A stretch of DNA of 64,000 bases from Tubulanus polymorphus (lineage: Eukaryota; Animalia; Nemertea), in NCBI RefSeq assembly GCF_964204645.1, contig NC_134028.1:14143653-14207652 (forward strand). The letters run 5' to 3'. The position numbers and the translations under genes were made by a program. A model generated the notes under the pieces. The model did no database searches. It saw only the letters and a program-made list of their open reading frames with translations, and had not been told where the DNA came from. How positions within the stretch are numbered: position 1 is the first letter of the stretch; every line of letters begins with the position of its first letter. Below, piece by piece: positions 62,640 to 64,000 of the stretch.

Positions 62640-63017
62640 TTATAATTTTATCCAGAATTCTTTAATTACTGGATTGTGTCCAATCATTTCTTCAATTTCT
62701 GGTAAATATCTGACTACTTCACTAAATGCTAATGCTAATATTTTGAATTTTTCATATTTTATTAATCTACCTACTCTTCTCAGTTTTCTTTCAAAGCCGG
62801 CACTGATATCTCCACTCATTTTCTTAGTTTTCGATTCGTTGAGTCCCAACAGCAATTTAAGTCGCGTTGCTGGTAATTTTGGTAATTGTAGTTCGCGCGG
62901 TAAATGTTTATTATGTATTACATCACTCAGAATTTTCACCATTTCTTGATGATAGTCCAAATGTTCTTGTAATTTTTGTGAAGTTTGTTCGTCAATTACG
63001 AGAGTTTCATCCTCCAT
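62640..63017 (-). CDS. Hypothetical 125-aa helical protein
   Basis: Open ORF with plausible composition, inside the insertion downstream of the HNH gene. Confidence 0.45.
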   Translation of the reverse strand: MEDETLVIDEQTSQKLQEHLDYHQEMVKILSDVIHNKHLPRELQLPKLPATRLKLLLGLNESKTKKMSGDISAGFERKLRRVGRLIKYEKFKILALAFSEVVRYLPEIEEMIGHNPVIKEFWIKL

Positions 63018-63403
63018 TTCTATTGATTCCTGTGACTTGGAATTTCTGGTCGATCTCTGTATTCCATTTTAATCTAAAAGATGCCGTGAAAATGAATTAC
63101 TGTACTTAAATATGTTTAAAGGTTTCCCTACTTCATAATAACTACAAAAAACGGTACTTACATTTAGATTTAGAACTGTAAACTGTGTTTTGAGAGAGTT
63201 GATTTCTCACTGCCGACGTGGCGCACGTTCGACCAAACTAATTATTTCTGCATGTTTGCCTGGATTGTAACAGATGTTCTTTATGATGAAGTTAATTAAT
63301 TCTTTAGAATTGAAAACAAGATATATTTGGCAACATATGTTTTAGTGGTAAGCAAAAGCTATGTATTATAGACATACAAAGCTCAAATAGAATTGCCAGC
63401 TTT

Positions 63404-63990
63404 CTAACCACTGATCAAAACCTCAGAATGCGGTTGATTCTGTGAAATACTATTCCATAATTCAACAAATGTCTTTGCTTTATCCAGTTTATCTAAATAT
63501 AACTGTAAATCTAGTTTATTAGATTTAATTATGTTTTCCTTCTTTTCTAAAGGTCTTAAATTTCTCCAGTTCCAGATTAGCTTCTTATTATAATGATCAC
63601 TCATGTCAAATTTAGAAATCAGCAACACGTGATCAATATGAAAGTATTCACCATAATTATCTATATTCATTTTATCATTAAACTGATATATTATCCATGA
63701 TTTTAAGAATTCATCTGAACAACCCAATAAATTAGATAGTGTTTCTGAATGCGTTTCTTTGTTGAATAATTGTGTTAATCTAGATCTTAAACATTGTTTC
63801 AATCTAAAATTAAGATCTGTTTTATATCTTTCTCTCATATATTCTGCCATATAATAATTATAATGTTCTATATTATCTTCTCGATATTGTTTGGTATATA
63901 GTTTAGTACAAGTTTTACAGCAATATTGAAGACCATCATTGCTAATCTTACGCTTATTCTGTTTAAGCTAATTTATCTAATTCATCTAAT
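63404..63990 (-). pseudogene. HNH-type endonuclease, homolog of 34258-34927
   Basis: YCCKTC; FHIDHVLL...WNWRNLRPLEKKENIIKSNK. Confidence 0.75.
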
Positions 63991-64000
63991 TAATTAGAAC

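Overview
AT-rich eukaryotic (probably invertebrate animal) genomic DNA made almost entirely of nested mobile elements, dominated by Polinton/Maverick-type endogenous DNA viruses. Element A (13841-30364) has intact ends: 90-bp TIRs and a GAGGTT 6-bp TSD. It encodes a protein-primed PolB, minor and major capsid proteins, an RVE integrase with chromodomain, an A32-like packaging ATPase and several membrane proteins. A degraded element B1 spans <1 to ~42.6 kb. Its pPolB is split by a Gypsy LTR retrotransposon (itself holding a non-autonomous Polinton-ended element with a 24-bp satellite), by a Helentron-like HINE (itself holding element A) and by a Penelope-type fragment; its ATPase is split by a full Penelope-like element. 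Further degraded copies lie at 47.3-59.0 kb (B2) and 59.3-64 kb (minus strand). Headline observation: a 355-aa intein with a LAGLIDADG homing endonuclease sits in the catalytic YFD|TD motif of the pPolB of A and B1 but is absent from B2. From recall (not searched), it resembles giant-virus (Mimivirus-type) PolB inteins. Nearly all Polinton genes also start within a poxvirus-late-promoter-like TAAATG motif. Together these suggest a virophage-like Polinton lineage that meets a Nucleocytoviricota helper virus, with intein homing between Polinton subfamilies. All similarities were judged by eye; no database searches were run.
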